From Amoebidium appalachense (Eukaryota > Protista > Ichthyosporea), in the NCBI GenBank assembly GCA_963693365.1, contig CAVNZM010000007.1:6011962-6075961 (forward strand): 64,000 nt of DNA. The letters run 5' to 3'. The position numbers and the translations under genes are program-made. This document shows, one piece after another, positions 62,548-64,000 of the stretch. The first letter of the stretch is position 1; each line of letters opens with the position of its first letter. Under the pieces are notes generated by a model, which saw only the letters and a list, made by a program, of their open reading frames with translations, was not told the DNA's origin and ran no database searches.

Positions 62548-63839
62548 TCAACATTCAGGTTTCTCCGAGTCTTTCTTCTTTTTCAGATACGGGTTGAAAA
62601 ACGCTGGCGTGCCGGTATATGCTGGCTTCATAGCTCCTCCAGCTGACGCCTGTGGCCGAGAAGTTTCCTTGGGGGGATAAATTGGCGTAATACTGCCCGC
62701 GCGAATGACAGGGCCACTGGAATCACTTTGAAGTAGTCCATGCACCGACACAAGTTTCCCATTTTCAAACGTCAATGGACCACTTTCAGACGGTTTTTGT
62801 GTCACAGCATCGCGTTTGTGATATCTTGCGTTATCATTAAACTTGACAGTGTAAACCGTCGCCCCACCGGAAAAGGGCACGTTCAACTTGAAATCATGCG
62901 ACTTTTCCATGTCTCCCGTTTTCCGCAAGCTGCCAACTGTCCCCGTCGCAGAAATCAACACTCGATACTCCTGTCATAAAAAGATTAGAACTTACAGATT
63001 TCGAGAACAGCGGCTGGGGGGGGGGGGGGGGGGGGGAGGGGAGGGGAGGGGGAGGGGGGGGGGGGGGGGGGGAGGGGGGGGAGGGAGACGGAAGAGGGGG
63101 AGAGAGACGGGGAGACGAGGGCAGGGGGCGGCGCGGGAGAGGAGAGGGATAAGGAATTCGAAAACAACAGCCAAAAGGTAAACAAAAAGTAAACTCATTA
63201 CCAAAACCAATAATTATGAAACGCTCCCTACCACAAATTACGTATCAAACAGAAAGGGAAACAGCAACCCACCGACGTATGACGGATGTGAAAAAAACAA
63301 GAACAACAGGGCCCGGGAAGGGCCGCGAGAGGTGGGGGCCGGGAGGGAAGGGGGGGGAGCCGGCAACTGAGGGGACTGAGGGAGGGGGGGGAGGGGGGAG
63401 GGGCGGTTGGGGAGGGGGAAGAGAAATCAATTTAAACAGCAAAAGCCATGACACTGAGTCAAAAGACCAAAGAACCAGCAAAAGGCAAAGCAGGTCCCGG
63501 CGGGCAAGGAATAAGGGAACCCAGGAAGAAGGGAAGGGCAAAGGGAAAGACACTTACTGTAGCTTCCGGCAGTTCTGAGTCACTGGGAAGGAAACCTGTA
63601 ATCCCAATCATCCGGCCATCCATCTCTCCCACATATCCAGCAGCTTGAAGAAATCTTTTCACTTCAAAAAACACAAGAACGTTTGTATCCACTTGACATT
63701 GTTCCATTTCCTCTGCCTTAAAAGTTTGCACCTGCGCTCGGAAACCAGTACCAGGTACTGCCACAATTTGTTCCAGGGAAATAGTAGTATTGTTGTGTCC
63801 TACTACCCTCCCACCCATACTCACCACGGCATTCACCAT
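62548..63839 (-). CDS. Two-exon protein with a probable OB-fold ssDNA-binding (SSB/RPA-like) domain
   Basis: Exons 63839-63558 (donor GTAAGT) and 62970-62548, phase 0. Beta-strand pattern VLISATGTV...FKLNV...YTVKF...RY...GKLVSVHGLL...IRAGSITPI, followed by a low-complexity basic tail. The fold is inferred. Confidence 0.6.
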
Positions 63840-63959
63840 TTTCAAAAACTCTCAGGAAACAATAAAAATAAAAAAGAAGAAGGGGAAAAAAAGAAGAAAA
63901 AAAAAGAAGAATTGGAAGCGTAACTGCTAACTGATTTCAATAACAAACTGCGCACACCC

Positions 63960-63966
63960 TTTTATA
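63960..63966 (-). promoter_or_regulatory. TATA box of the OB-fold-like gene
   Basis: Minus strand GGGGTATAAAAGGG about 120 bp upstream of the ATG at 63839. Confidence 0.5.
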
Positions 63967-64000
63967 CCCCATCGATTAACGCACATTCTGGAACATCACA

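Overview
Intron-rich eukaryotic DNA, probably from a unicellular opisthokont/holozoan-like organism (inferred from the RPRD1/CREPT- and CDK12/13-like proteins). Most ORFs in the supplied track are artefacts of (CA)n/(GT)n, (AG)n and poly-G/poly-C tracts. Splicing GT..AG exons by hand with consistent phases gives six host genes in 1-49 kb: the 5' part of a CDK12/13/CDKC-like kinase (-), an 11-exon proteasome lid subunit Rpn6/PSMD11 (-), a MATE transporter (-), a stand-alone LON N-domain protein (-), RPRD1/Rtt103 (+) and a PP2C phosphatase (-). From about 49.9 kb the window looks like a mobile region, possibly Helitron-related. It holds a ~1.9 kb tandem duplication with hairpin+CTAG ends, a TG..CA insertion, a spliced zinc-finger/11-aa-repeat/OTU-like gene and a convergent OB-fold-like gene. 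The most unusual signal is a family of at least 8 dispersed insertions (7 intronic, 4 subfamilies). Each has one fixed end on a poly-G/C tract and one variably truncated end, and the longest copies share a covarying RNA structure, suggesting a homopolymer-targeted retroelement. Several splice sites are also built directly from microsatellites.
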